NCBI GenBank assembly: GCA_003971905.1
Contig: RSEE01000069.1
Location: forward strand, 310,001 to 374,000
Length of the DNA: 64,000 bases
Source: Moniliella sp. 'wahieum'
Lineage: Eukaryota
Direction: 5' to 3'
Shown: positions 1 through 14,008 of the stretch, in pieces
How the letters are laid out: every line of letters begins with the position of its first letter
Numbering within the stretch: position 1 is the stretch's first letter
Position numbers and translations under genes: made by a program
Notes under the pieces: generated by a model
What the model was told of the DNA's origin: nothing
Seen by the model: only the letters and a program-made list of their open reading frames with translations
The model's database searches: none

Positions 1-3000
1 GCATCAGCGCATTCACGTCCAAATTGCTCTCATATACATTAGGGCACCATTCGGTACTGTAGTGCTATACACTTTCATGGGGAGGGCCCCGAGGGGGACC
101 CCCCTGTAGTTTAGGGGTACAAAGCCTTGAACAGGTCAATCGGTTGTCTCGTACGTTAGGTCCTGCTCCAGATCCTGGTTGAGCGGAGCGGGCGTAGAGG
201 CGATGGAGAGACCCTCTAGTTTGGGTGGCTGCCTGCGTGCACAAGGCCGCAGTTCAGACCCTCCGAGGTAGGAGCCGCGTCCGTATAGGTCGTTAGACCA
301 TTTGAAGGGGTCCAGGAGCTCCGAAGTTACTCTGTTCCTCGCAACATTACCACACTCGGTACGCAGTATTTGGCGGGAACAGACAGAGTCGTAAAGAAGA
401 GCAAGCGCTACTGATGAGAGTATTAATATAACCGCGGCTTGCAGTGCACTCGACGTAAGTCGTAAATTCGTAAGCGTAGGAGATGTCGAGAGCGGTGGCC
501 TCTATACCATCATCAGTAACGTGCTGTCTGGCGAAGATACGACAGAAGTCGACAATTCGCCGGACGCTCCAGGTTGCCTTGAACAGGAGGCAAACCCAGA
601 CGAGGTCGTTGATAAAGTATCGCTGTGAGACGCAAAGAACATATGTAAGTTAGGTCAGTGAGAGTGCTTTTGTGCGCATGCGGGGGCGGTAATACTATGG
701 GATAGGATAACTGTGGTAATACTGACCAGCTCAACCTGTTGTCTTGCTCTTCGGCCGCATTGCCCAGGTTGCGGACTCGGTCATGAAGGTCAAGAACGAT
801 CGTTTGGTGACATCGGATAGTGCGTCTCAAACCTTCCAAGAAGAGGTCGATCAGGTCGCGCACGCGACGCATGGCCTGAACGGAAATCAGTTCCAAGTTA
901 GATTGTCTGCGCAGTAATGTATCGTTTGTTGTTGTCGGAGGGCGGCATGGAATTCACTCCTGTGACGGCGTCAATGAAGCTCTGAACTTCATCACGCAGA
1001 CTTTGAGGCTCCTGCATCCAGGGTTCCCGATCACGTTGATCCTGGCATCCCGCACGCCTCCAATGGCACGGGCGTGATCTTGTGCATCGCTTGCGTCATT
1101 TTGATCGACATCTTCTGGACCATTTGCCTGCGCGCCTTCATCGTCATGTTGCTGTCTCAGGGACCGTCAGGATGCGGGCGGGGGGGGCGAGACCGGATGG
1201 GGGCGGGCTCTCGTCCATGTCCGATTCGTCCATTTCGGTTGCCTGGCGAGACCTATAGGTTGTTGTTGACGGTGCGCGAGAGGGGCTCCCACGAGCATTG
1301 CCTGGACGGGATGTTGCACTTACTCTGGTGGAACGGCGGCGAGGAATGCGGGTGGGGTGTGTGTGAAAAGAGCCAGGACCAGGGGATCTTGCTGGCTCTT
1401 GTCAAGTGTGGGCTGCAGTGGGGGGGGTAGAGCAGATTGCGCCACTCACATGCGGGGGGATCCATACAACGCATACTAGGCAAGTCTTTTGCCCCTGGCT
1501 GGATTTGGATAGTCACTACTAGTCAGGGGCCTAACTGAAGAAGCACTGATGCGCTGTTGCTGCAGGGAACAGGCTGCGCCCAACATTCTCTGCACCAGGC
1601 AGTGTAAGGGTGGGCGCTGCCAGGGGGCCCGCCCGGGGGGTTAAGGGTAATCCATAGGAGGTCCTAAGGTCGACTCACGGTAGTTAAGCGCGTGGGCTGA
1701 TTGGTTGGCCCGAGCGGGGGGGAAAGGGACAAGGAGAAACCCTCGGCGTATAGCAGAAGTGGCCGCAAGCGTGGCAAAAGGCTGTGTGGCACAGATGAAG
1801 AACGGGGGACAGGGGAAAACAGGGAGGGCGCTTCGGGTGCGGGCAACCTAATGGAAAAGGGCACGGGATGACTATCGTCTCCAGATTGAATCTGACCCAC
1901 GACCAACTTGGGGATGGGGTTAGGAAGGCGAAACGCGCTTAGGCTTCACCGTACTTGCCAGCCCACCTTCGCCCGTGACCGGCAGTAGGCAACTGTCGCT
2001 CGATGGTACGGGAATAAGGCTGCGTGTGTTGAGTGCCTGATGGCCAGATCGAAGCAACCAAGCAACAGTAAAAGTTGAGTCGCACATTCAAACGTTCGCA
2101 GTCGGTAACCGGCAATGTATCGATACAGAGGTACTGGAAACTGGAGCCCTAGCTCCTCCAACTCTTGCTTCAGCTATATCGGCTGCAAGAATGCCCCGCA
2201 CTGACAGCCATTGGATGTGCACCGGATGTCATCGATATGTCGATATCCGTACTCGTCGTTTCGACACAGGGACGTCCGACGTTACCAAGATCACACCGGG
2301 CACACCGGGTCGCGTCCAATAAGCCAGCTGCAACACCGGACACTGCAGCAGGCATCATTCGTGCACCATGCGCTTCGGCGCGCAAGCACGATCGCAGCTG
2401 GTTTCAACCGGCGAACGCTGGCCACCATCTCTACTGGTACACATCTGACATTAATATGTCAAACTAGGAGACCACCGGGCCTACGGCCAGGTCCGCGGGT
2501 GCACTTCGCCCTCGGCTCGGTGATGTGTTGCCAAGCGAGTTGCCAAGCGAGACGGCTGTGCTCAACTATACAAGCGCGTATGTTGGCACGGTCACCTTTA
2601 CCTCTCTATAGTAGTCGGGGAGACCAAAGATAGGAGACAGGATGGTCGACCAGGACTACAGCTAGCAAGCCTTCGACATGGCTCTGTGCTTATATACAAG
2701 CGAAGGAACCATGCCTCAAGTGCCTCATGACAGGTATAGACAGAATGCGGGGCACTTTCCAAAAAGGTAAAGACTAATGCAAACCCGTGCTTCCAAAAGG
2801 CGCTGACGCTGCGTAGTCGGGCGCGGCAGGAAGGACTCGTCAAGACTGGATGCAATGGGCACAAAGCATCGTACCGATAAGCCCATGTGACCATGGCGGG
2901 CCGCGGATGATATCCGCAGCATGGGTCAGGTGTCGACTGGCTCTCTCTCGCTAGTCTACTAACATGGCGTGTTGGGCTGAGATCTGAGATGTCTACGACA

Positions 3001-4771
3001 TGAGGGGCTCAGCGTCCGGAGATAACCGGAGCGCCCGGTAACATACACTATTGAGGATTCCTCAACTATCGTGTGTGTCCTTAATCATTGGCGTTGCCAA
3101 CTATCAGCTCCCCAGCTGGAGTTGTTATTTCCACCGGAGTTCAATGAACCTTGAAGAGCTTGAAGCTTGAAGCTTGAAGCCTGAGGGGAAGCGGAGATGA
3201 GAAGAGATGAGCGGGACCGACATACACATGTGGCCATGAAGCAATTTCCACCGGGCCTGGTCTTCGTATAATGCGTTTTGCACTGACTGCATGATAATAT
3301 GTAGGGTACAAGCTTGTGGTGATCCACAAGTGCGCATTGGACAAGTCGTGCTGAAGAGTCCCATCGGAGATGGTTTATCGACACATGCTTATACCACTTT
3401 GATTCGTATCTTAGTACTTGCGCTAAATCCGCGGTTTAAAAGCGAATGGAGGGAGTCAGAGGGTCCTGACACCTGCAGTGTTGTGGGCAGTCCATTGGCC
3501 TCTTGATAGTTGGGTTGGTACGACTTGGCAGCCCACTCGGACGAGCGAGGCTGATAGGTGCAGCCCTTAAGCATATGGAAAGTGATACTATGGTGCAGCA
3601 GTCTTCGGGTTTAATATACTAATGCAATCCGTTCGCTGCCGAATGTGAATCTGCTGCCCAAGAGGGGGACTGTGCTACTAGATTCGGGATACGAGTGCTG
3701 GGCCAGAAAGTCAGATGTGTCCCCCCACGAAGGCATCTCCCACACGTAATAAGGGTGGTGGCATAGAATACAAAGCCAGAAGCGAATGCGCTCTTGTAAA
3801 AAGTACTAGTATATGCGAGGGGCTTTGGACGATTTCTGGCGTAGTCGATACTACCATAGAACTGGCAAGCTGGTGGGGATGCGGGCGAGGCGATGTGCTA
3901 CCGGAACACGGTAGTGCGTCTGCGAGAATATACTATCGTGATAGATATTTGAGTTTCCGTCCTGTACACCCACAACTCGTCCCAATGCGTGTTGCGTTAT
4001 GCCGTTGAGCGTTCTGAATTCACGGTTTGTAGATGCCATTGGGAGCCAGAAAAGAAAGAAGCTGCCACAGTTTAGGTGTGACGTCGATGGCTGCCGCCCG
4101 TCCTAGAAGAGCTCAATGGTTACGCGTTACGAACGAGCAGTCATCACTGTAGAGTATTACTAGTAGTGAAGAGACATGATCGATGATCGATGAAGCTTGA
4201 AGATGCGTGGATCCCAGAGATCCGTTTCAGACTGCGAGACGGGATGTTCGACACCAGCAAATCCCGTGTCCGGGCTCTATACTAGAGACCAGCGTTTCCC
4301 TCGCCGCCGTTTCATCGGGTGTGGAGATGTATATTCTGCGGTTCCTCCGCGGTTGCTGAGAAGGTGAAAGAGAGTCGGAGAACGGCAGACGTACACTCCC
4401 GCCTGGTCCGTGCATTCTCGCATTTGCCTTCGTCTGTACAGCGAGCGGAGATGTGCCACATGGTGAGACTGGTGGGGCTGGTAACGGATGACAAATGGGA
4501 ACACTGACCCAGTGCAGTCGAGCACAGGAAGATTAAAACGAGGCACTATAGCAGTGTATCCAACGCGGCGGACATTCCTGGTCGGTTTGTTTCCGGGCGC
4601 CGGAGGGCGGAGAAAAAGCTGTGAGAGGCGCTGTGAGCGCGTGACAACTCCGGGAAGAACGCTCCCCGCCCGCGCGAGGGGCTGCTTTCCCATACATAAC
4701 CTTCAAAGGGGCCATTGCTCCCCATCAACCATCCTTCTTCCCACCCACCCACCCCTTCGCTTCTGCGCACC

Positions 4772-7055
4772 ATGGCACCGCGTACGCTCTACCAGAAAAT
4801 CTTTGACGACCACCTCATCCGCGAGGAGGAGGATGGCACCTGCCTCATCTACATCGACCGCCACTCGTCCACGAGGTCACCTCGCCCCAGGCATTCGAGG
4901 GTCTGCGTCTCGCCAACCGGCCCGTGCGCCGTACCGACTGCACTCTTGCTACTGTCGACCACAACATCCCCACCAGCAGCAGGAAAAAGTACGTCGACAC
5001 GGCCTCGTTCATCGACGAACCCAGCTCGCGCACTCAGGTCGTCACTCTCGAGCACAATGTCAAGGAGTTTGGCCTCACTTTCTTTGGCATGACCGACGAC
5101 CGCCAAGGTATCGTCCATGTCATTGGTCCTGAGCAAGGATTTACCTCCCTGTGCGACGATTGTCTGCGGCGACTCGCACACTTCAACTCATGGTGCCTTT
5201 GGCGGCCTTGGCCTTTGGCATTGGCACGTCCGAGGTTGAGCATGTTCTTGCCACCCAGACCATCATTCAAAAGCGGGCCAAGAACATGCGCGTCCAAGTT
5301 GATGGTGAGTGAGTTGGCGCCGGGTGTAACTCGAAGGACATTGTTCTCCACGTCATTGGTCTCATCGGCACTGCGGGCGGCACGGGGAGTGTGATCGAGT
5401 TTTGCGGGTCCACGATTGAAAAGTTGTCGATGGAGGCGCGCATGTCGATCTGTAACATGTCGATTGAGGGTGGCGCACGTGCTGGCCTGATTGTCCGGAT
5501 GAATCACGTTTGAGTACCTGAAAAACCGCCCGCTTGCACCCAAGGGCGAGGAGTGGGAGAAGGCGGGTGGCGTACTGGAAGTCGCTTCCTTCTGACCCGG
5601 ATGCCAAGTACGACGTGGTGATCAAGATTGACGCCAAGGACATCCCCCTACTGTCACAGGGTACCTCCCCGCAGGATGCGATCAGCATCACTGCCTCGGT
5701 ACCTGACCCGGCCAAGGCCAAAGACGAAACTCAAGCGCGGCCTGGAAGCGCTCGCTTACCTACATGGGCCTGAGCCCAACACGCCCATGGAACAAATCAA
5801 GATTGACAAGGTCTTTATCGGTTCTTGCACCAACTCGCGCATTGAGGATCTGCGCAGTGCTGCCCAAGTGCTCCAGGGCCGCAAGGTGGCCGAGGGGGTG
5901 TATGCCATGCTTGTGCCCGGTTCGGGCTTGATCAAGAAACAGGCCGAGGCTGAGGGTCTGGACAAGGTATTCAAGGCAGCTGGGTTCGACTGGCGCGAAG
6001 CAGGCTGTTCCAGTGCTTGGGCATGAACCCAGACCAGCTGGCCCCGGGCGAACGGTGCGCGTCTACCTCCAACCGTAACTTTGAAGGACGTCAAGGTCTG
6101 GAGGGCGCACTCACTTGTTTCGCCTGCCATGGCCGCTGCTGCAGCCGTGACGGGGCATCTGACTGATGTGCGTACTCTCCTTGCTGGTTCGCCTAGGCTG
6201 CTGCGGCCCATGCCCAAGTGGAGATTACGGATGCTAAGAAGTCCTCTCTCCACCTGAGGCCCCGCCTGCGCCGCAGGCCGAAGAGCCCAGGCTCCCTCGA
6301 CGCGCCGGCGAGCCAGACGGACGAGGACCGTTTGGAGATGTGCCGGCGAGCCAGGAGGCCACGACGGGAAGTGGCTTTCAGTTTACTACCGTTTCGGGCA
6401 TTGCTGCCCCAATTGAGAGGGCCAATGTGGATACGGATTTGATTATTCCTGCCAAGTTCCTCAAGGTGATTACGCGTAACGGGCTTGGGTGGGGCGCTGT
6501 GAATACGCTCCGCTACAACAAGGACACGGGGCGCGCCGAAATCCCGACTTTGTCCTCAACCAGGAGCCCTGGTCGCACGCCATGTTTATCGTGGCCGGAC
6601 CCAACTGGGGCTGTGGCTCGTCGCGCGAGCATGCGGCTTGGTCCTTGCTTGACTTTGGCATCCGGGCCGTCATTGCGCCCTCGATTGCCGACATTCATGC
6701 CACCAACTTGTCCAAGAATGGAATTGTGGGGGTGGTATTGCCCCAGGCGCAGGTGGACCGGGTCATGGCCGATGCCAAGGCAGCCAAGACGGTGACGGTG
6801 GACTTGGAGAAGCAAGTGGTGGTGTTGGAGGATGGATCGCAATTCTCCTTCCCCATCTCGGAGTTTACCAAGCACTGCCTCCTCAATGGCTTGGACGACA
6901 TTAGCCTCACCCTCCAGCACGAGGCGAGCATTGCTGAGTTTGAGTCCAAACGGTCTAGCACGATGCCATGGTACGACGGATTTGGCTACAAGGGCCCCGG
7001 TCCCAAGGCCATTCCTGTCGGTGTAAGCAAGAAGATCAAGGTCAACGACTGGTAG
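4772..7055 (+). CDS. LEU1: 3-isopropylmalate dehydratase (fused LeuC+LeuD, fungal type); several indels
   Basis: Across frames: [109 protein letters not shown]; stop TAG at 7053-7055. Confidence 0.96.
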
Positions 7056-8315
7056 TTTTCGCACACGCCCCCTATTGCACTGATCCCTTCACCACAGCCC
7101 ATGACACGACAGCTTGCCTCCCTGAAGCTGTAGGACTTAGCAAAAATGTATCTGCTCACGGTGACGTCTATAATGATGCAGCAGCTCGGCCGAGCCGAGC
7201 CCCTGGAGGGTCTGGGGAGAGGCCCCCTCGTTGGCTGACTGGGACGGACAGTTGCCGACAGCTAGCAGCCTTTCCACCATAGAAGCCAACATCCACTGTG
7301 CCAACCCAGTCGTTTTGACTTGTTGCCGCCGCTTCAGCTCAGATCCTTCGCAATTCTCACGTTGTCGATCCAGCATCCAGCACGATGCACCTGCGGGATC
7401 ACACTCCTGTTGGCACAGCTTGAGTTGATACGGACAAGTGCGCGAGCGATTTGAGCGGGCAATCACCTGAGTTGTCCATGGCAGGGGGTGGCACAGCAGC
7501 AGAAAGCGGCGCCCGGCCCATCATGCATCACCCACCCCTGACAGGGAGCGGGAGGTGTGGACAAAGCCACAGGGCAAAAACAGCTTGCCTGGCCTTCTTT
7601 TGGTCCGGTCGCGCTCCGCTGGGCGCCCGTGGTGGGGGGGGATGAGATGGGGCGGGGCGGGGGCCTGAACAAGAGCCTCTGCCATTCGCATGGCGCGGGG
7701 GGGGGGCAAGATCCGTAAGCCTCGTTGCCGAGTACGTTGCTCTTGGGGCTGGCGATCGGTCGAATGATGTTTTCCATCACTGGCCGTCTGGCCTGCCTTT
7801 TGCTGGGGGCTGATCCAGTTGAGGCGGGACGCTACAAGCGTATCGCGTACGAGGGAAACTTAGACAGACTGCTCAACTTGGCCACTGACTGTTATCATGA
7901 TATTATGGGTCCGGTTGGGCGGTCCACAGACGAGGCGACATACCGACACTACAGGGCCCGAACTTGGCCATGGTGATCGAGTGATCAAGAGATTGACTAT
8001 CAACTTTGCCGGTGAAATTCAAATACTTCACGATTCATCAGGACGATGCAGAAGGTGCACTGAGTCCATCTGCATTCCTCCCTGACAGACACGCAGCCAA
8101 GGGATGGATAGGGTGGGTGGCGCAGCCAAACCCAACGTGGTGGGGGGTTGAAGGGTCAGGAGGTCAAAGCGAACGGAGGCTAGAATACTTTGCCTCAGGT
8201 CGTTAGGGGTGAGAAATGTCAAATGTCCGAAAAGAAACGGCAAGCAACTTGAAGCTTCCTGCCTGGTGGGAGACACGCTCCCACGCCAACGCCAACGAGC
8301 TAGAGCATCCCAACC

Positions 8316-10760
8316 TTATGGCCCATACGGATTGGAGTACTGTCCTTGGCTGTACTGACTCGCGTACGGATCGAGTACTGTGGCCATAGCCATAGGCCGG
8401 GGGAGCATACGCGCCTGGCGGGCGCGGCGTGCTGCTGGGCTGAGGAGGCGGAGGCGGAGGGAGCGGAGAGAAGGGCCGGTAGGAGCCCGCCGAAACTGGA
8501 AGCGAATCAGCATGAGTAGGCGGAGGGGGTGGGGCAACCGCAGTCTCGTGCGGATTTAACTAGGCTTGTTAATCTGCAGCGGCGCTGTTGACGGGTATGC
8601 CGACGAAGGCATTCTTCCAGGGCGAGGAAGGCGCCGGCGCCGCCGCCGCCACCTGGCTAACGGGAGGAGGGGGCGCCACAGGTGCTGCCTCAGCACTGGC
8701 TTTGCGGAAAAAGTTGCGTCGGAAAGCTCCTGCAGTGATGATCTTCTTGTTGGGGCAGGCGACGGGGCCGAAGGAAGATCGCCCTCGCCGCCATAGGGAA
8801 CGCGGGGGGCATTCACACTGTATCGTAGCTGCCCTGGGGGCGTCGCACAGCAGCCTGCGCCGCACGAGTGAGTGGACCCAACCAGTCGTCGTCTGTCCGC
8901 GCAGAAGGAGGGTCCCAGCTTGACACAGCCGCTTCAGGAGCCGGAGCCGGGGCCGGGGCCGGGGCCGGCACGACCGGGATGGCAGGGGGGATCATGGGGC
9001 AGACAAAGGGGCTGCCGGAACCTCGGATGAACTCGGATTGGACAGGGGGGATGGACGAGTCCACAGGTAGTGCGCCGGGTTCGGGTGGGCGTGTAAGCCG
9101 GCAATTCGGCCTGACTGCGGGCATCAAAGTCGTCTTGTTCGCGGGCATGCTCGCCTTCATCGTTGACCCCGCAGCGGGCCATTGAAGCTGAATCCGGGCA
9201 CTTCGGCCGACGCCACAGAGCCACGGGGGCTGGCTCCTGATCCCGACTCATCGGCATGGGGGTTGACCAACTCGGGCAAGGGAGGGGCAGAAGTTGGAGG
9301 ATGCACGTGCGATTCGGCCCAGGTTCCTGATGCGAGGGCAAGGACTGGTTCGTAGTGCATCATATCCGTCGTAGGCATCGTAGCGCCATAGCCATCGTAC
9401 GCATTGGCCTCACCATGCTCGCCGCCGGAGCAGGAGGAATCTGAGGTTCAGGAGAGGGGACGCGATGCAGATATTGGTCTGTAGGTGGGTAGGAGCTGGG
9501 GAGTGAGGTGTGTTTTCAGGAAGGTGCGAAGTGCTTGCACAGCCGCAACGCCTCTTGCCCCAGTCCGCGCCTTCGCTCGCTCTCTCCGCGCCTTCATGCT
9601 GGGCAGGTCCAGGCGCGGTGACAATGCCGAGCCTGGTTGAGGGTGCTCTTCTGAGCCCCAGCTAGCATGCCCCGCAGACGTGTCGATGGTAGGAGGATTA
9701 TGCTGATTCGGCGTGGGCAGCTCCCCCGCTACAGGGGAAGTAGCTTGGTGTTCCAGCCGGGGAGCGGGTCGAGGCCAAGGACCCGGCCCGATCCACATCT
9801 GCACCATTGTCTTGAGCTTGGGGGATGGCTGAGAGGGAATGCGGGCTAGAAAGCTCGGACAATCCAGGATCGACCGGAGCAGGCGGGACAACGGGGGCGG
9901 TGGGGTAGCCCAGCGAGTTCTCGCGTCGGACTGAGGTTTGGCCACTGTGCACACCGGCAAATAAGGCGAGCAGTCTTCCTGCGGTGGTTGAGGTACGCGG
10001 AACGAAACCCGCTGCATCTCGACGCGGGCTGTCTGGAGCAAATTCTCTGTGCGACGGGAACCTTTGTAGTCGGGGCGGTCGCTACCGGCTGGGCAGGGCT
10101 CAGTCTGGAGCTCGTCAAGCATTCCGGCGGCGAACTGAGCCATAATGGCGGTTTGGTCGGCCAGCTGGGTGAGCGCGGCGGCCTTGTTGCCCAGCGCAGT
10201 GCGCATGGCGGTGCGCTTAAAGTCTTCCAGACTGGCCGCATCCTGGGCCAGCTGGAGCTGCATCGAGGTGGACTCGGACCGCAGCTCGGAGAGAAGGGAG
10301 GTGGTCTTGGGCAGCTCTTTGTTCTCGGGCCCCATCTTGGCCAGCTTCTTCTCCACAGACTCGATGCGGGCAGAAAGAGTGCGGAACTTGGACTTGAGGT
10401 CGGTGAGTTGTTCCTCCATGGTGCGAATGCGCTTGTAGTCCGGCCGCACGTCGTTCTGCAAGTGCTGGTTCAACGTCTCGAGCGCGGTGGGGAACGCCTC
10501 GAGCAGGACAGCCCACTTGGAGAGCACGTCGCTCAGATCGCGCTCCTGCTCGCTGGCCCACAGCTTGAGGGCATCGAGGTTCTTCTGGAACTCGGAGGCG
10601 AGGGCAGTGGAGCGCTTGATGAGGTCCTTTTCGGTGGTGATGACGTTCTGCAGGCTGCGCTGGGTGGCGCTGCCAATGAAGGCGGGGGTAGGGCGTTGTG
10701 GGCGATCTCGCGCCGGCCGCGCTCGGCTGCGCGGCGGAGGCCGCCAGTGAAGAGCGACAT
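8316..10760 (-). CDS. Eisosome Pil1/Lsp1-like BAR-domain protein with long Pro/Ser-rich tail; indels
   Basis: ATG at 10760 (MSLFTGGLRR), then helical segment RSLQNVITTEKD...LKLWASEQERDLSDVLSK...YKRIRTMEEQL...LAKMGPENKEL...LEDFKR. Low-complexity tail includes IITAGAFRR and ends YSNPYGP* at 8316. Continuity of the tail is inferred across frameshifts. Confidence 0.75.
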
Positions 10761-11361
10761 GGCGGGGGGGGGGGAGAGGAGAGGAGAGGATGGAGAGGAG
10801 GAGAGGAGAGAGGAGCAGCAAAGGAGCAACAGGCGGCTGGGGGCCCCAACACTGGCCTGCCCGCGCGCGCCGTCGCAGCGCTCGCAGCTGCGGCTGTCTG
10901 CTGCTGCCTGCGGCTGCGTGCTACTGCCGGTGACTGCCGGCGACTGCCTGCTGCTGCCCCAGCCGGGGCCACGGCGCTGTCATGCCGACAGTGCCCCTGC
11001 CCCCAGCCGCCGCGTGTGACTCGGGCACACTGGGCCAGTGCGGCGGATGCGGCTGCCACCGCACCCCCGCCCCCCCCACGGCAGGCGCCGGCCTTGGACT
11101 GCCTTGGACCGCTGGATAGCAGCGCATGCCACAGTGTGGGCCACTAGGGTTGGGTCTTGGCTCTCCTGCGGTGTTTCTTCTTGATCTACCAGATGACTGC
11201 ACTAGACAGCTACCTACAGCACTGCCTCTTTCTCCCTCCCTCCCGTAACCCACCAACTCATCTCGTAGGTGCGATGCTCATTTTACCGGAAAGGGTCCCA
11301 TCAGACGCGTCAGCCGATCGGCTAGGCACAAGAGTACACAACAAATCTCCCTCGGCGCCGC

Positions 11362-13700
11362 TTAGTCGACGTCCATGTTGTCGGCCTTCTCCTCCTTGGG
11401 CGCCTCCTCCTTCGGCGCCTCGGTCTGCACCGGTACACGCGGCTTGGGCTTGTTGATGATTGGCCCGCACACGTACTACTGCACGTCCTCCTTGGCCTTA
11501 AGCATGTCGGCCGTGTGGATCTTGGGGTCGGTGTTCTTCATCTGCTCCGACTGCTTGTACAGCCCATCGTCCAGCCACTTCTGCGTCTTGGCCACCTCTC
11601 AATCACCTTGGTCTTGTCCTCGTCGGTCAGGTGCGCGTACTTCTCGTCCCCACCGTCACAGCCTGCTCGTAGAAACTGAGCGACTCGCGCAGCGCAGCGC
11701 CGCCTGGGCCGCGCCTCGTGCTCGCTGTAGCGGTAGATGATCGGGTTGCCAACCTTCTGCAGCTCCTCCAGCTTGGCCACGTACGCCGACTTGGTCGCGT
11801 CCTCGCCCTCGTCCGAGTACAGCCAGTCCTCCGCCTTGCCCAGCAAGTCGAGGAACTTGGTCTTCTCCTCGGGCTGGACAAACGCCTTGTGACGGTCGTC
11901 GAGCTTGCCACGCTGGTCGTAAATGTACTCCTCGAGCGCATTCTTCCGGTCCTCCGTGTCAAGCACGAGCTTGTCCGCAGCGTACAACTCACCCTCCTTC
12001 TCCTTCATGCTGCGCAGCACCGCCTCGTCCCGCCGGTTCAAGCCCGAGACGACCGTCAGGTCCTGCTTGCGCTCCAGCACCTTCTCTTCTCCGTTTGCGG
12101 CTCGCCCTCGGCCGCACCGGCAATCGGAACTTCCTTCTCCACCTCTTCCACCACGTACGCCGAGTCAAAGTTGAGCACGCCGTGCAGATTGAGACGCGCC
12201 TTGACCTTGACAATCGAGTGGTCTCCCTTGGCGTCGGGCGTCACGCCCTTGATCGAGACCGAGCCAAGCCAGGGCTTGATGCCCTTGGCAGCAGCTCCGG
12301 CTGAGCGTAGATCTCCTCCAGACCAAAGTCGGCCTTACGGTAAAAGGTAAGGATCTTGGTCGACGGAATGGGGTTGTTGGGCTTGAACACCACCAGCTCC
12401 GTCTCCTCATCCGGCACGTCCGGCACAGCGTCCCACGTAACCTTGATGGGGTACGGGTGGTGTCGTGAACCGAGAACTCACGCACGCGGAAGACGGGGAG
12501 AGAATGGCACACGCCAGCGTCGCACCACGGCACCGGCCTCATCCTGGTTCGACGTGAAGGAGAGGGGCTTGCCAAAGAAGGCCGAGATGCGCTCCTTAAT
12601 CGCCGGCACACGCGACGACCCACCCACCATCTCAATCGAGTGAATCTCGTCCTTGGTCAGACCCGACTGGGCCAGCGCAGCTCCAGCGGAACCTGCACAC
12701 GCTCCAACCAGGGCGCAATCAGCGCCTCAAAGTCCTCCCGCTTCAGGTCGGACGAGGCATCAATGTCGTTCATCAACGACTCGACGTTGATCGGGCAAAG
12801 CTGTTGGCAGAAAGCCTTCTTCAACCGTTCGGCGGCTTGCGAGAGGCGAAACAGCCTTACGGTTGCTGAAACGTCAATCTTGTACTTGTCGGCAACACCT
12901 TGGCAAAGTGTTGACCAAGGCGCGGTCAAAGTCGCGGCCCCAAAGTGACGGTCTTGCGCGGTACCCAGGATGGTGAGCTCACCCTTGACAAAGCAACCAC
13001 CGCAACTTGGTACGAGGAGTGGCCAATGTCGCAAAGACAACGTGGCGGGGGTCGTCGCCTCGGGCAGGTCCGTCTTGGTGATACCATAGCCAAGGGCGGT
13101 GGCGGTGGTGTCGTTGATCAGACGGAGGGTGTTCAGGCCGGCAATGTCGGCGGCATCAAGCATGGCACGACGCTGAACGTCGGTGAACCAAGCAGGGTGG
13201 AGATGACCACGTCCGACACGGCCGTGCCGTTGTTCTCGGCGCTGGCCGTGTCGCGCAGGTTGCCGAGGAACATGGCCATGAGCTGGGTGGCGCTGAACTC
13301 ATGCGTCTCACCGGCAAGGCGGACCTTGACACCGACCTCGCCGCCAACATCGATGAGCTCGCTGCTGATGAAGTTCTTCTCCACCTCCTGGATGTCCGCG
13401 TCCTGGAGCGAGCGGCCAATGAGGCGCTTGAGGCTGCCGACCTGTTCTTCCAGTTGGAAGTCTGCTGGGTGGCAGCGCCTCGCCGAGGCACGGGCCTTCT
13501 GGCCAAAGCCGACGAGGCTGGGCGTCTGGCGGTTGGAGGCCGAGTTGAGGAGGATGTCAATGCCGGACCGTCTGGGGGGGGGGGAAACAGGAGGGGGTCT
13601 GGTCAGCATGGCGGGGGGCAGCACGGGAGCGCGGGAGGACGTACCGAGCAGCGCCGATCTTGCTGGACGCGTTGCCAATGTCGATACCGATGGCAGCCAT
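11362..13700 (-). CDS. SSE1: Hsp110 family chaperone / Hsp70 nucleotide exchange factor; intron 13572-13644
   Basis: [106 protein letters not shown]-terminal NMDVD*. Intron GTACGT..GCTGAC..CAG. Confidence 0.95.
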
Positions 13701-13859
13701 GGTGGTGGGGATGGGGGGTGGTGGGGAGAAGACGCGAGGCAGGCGAGCGTGTGGGGCGTCGAGGCCAGAGCGCTGGGGACCTGGGCCGGACAGGCCACTG
13801 CGGGTGTGTGCCCACGGCTGGCTGCACCACTCGCGCGGCACGCGGCCACTGTACGTGTC

Positions 13860-13872
13860 TTCCAGAAGATTC
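13860..13872. promoter_or_regulatory. Perfect 3-unit heat shock element (TTCcaGAAgaTTC) in the SSE1/SMD3 bidirectional promoter
   Basis: nTTCnnGAAnnTTCn about 160 bp upstream of the Hsp110 ATG. Confidence 0.8.
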
Positions 13873-14008
13873 TGTTATTTTTTCTTTTCACCCCACCGCT
13901 GACCGCCCACCGGTGAGCCCCGCGCCTCTTCCGCCGCCCCATTCCGCCCCCTCTTCCGCCCCCTCGCCGCGCGCGCCGCCGCCAGCCTCGCCGCCACGCC
14001 CCCCCACC

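Noticed and set aside
3200..3300. Defensin-like GGxC...CxC peptide
   Set aside because: The CxxxC helix motif is incomplete and there is no signal peptide; a RING-type relic fits at least as well.
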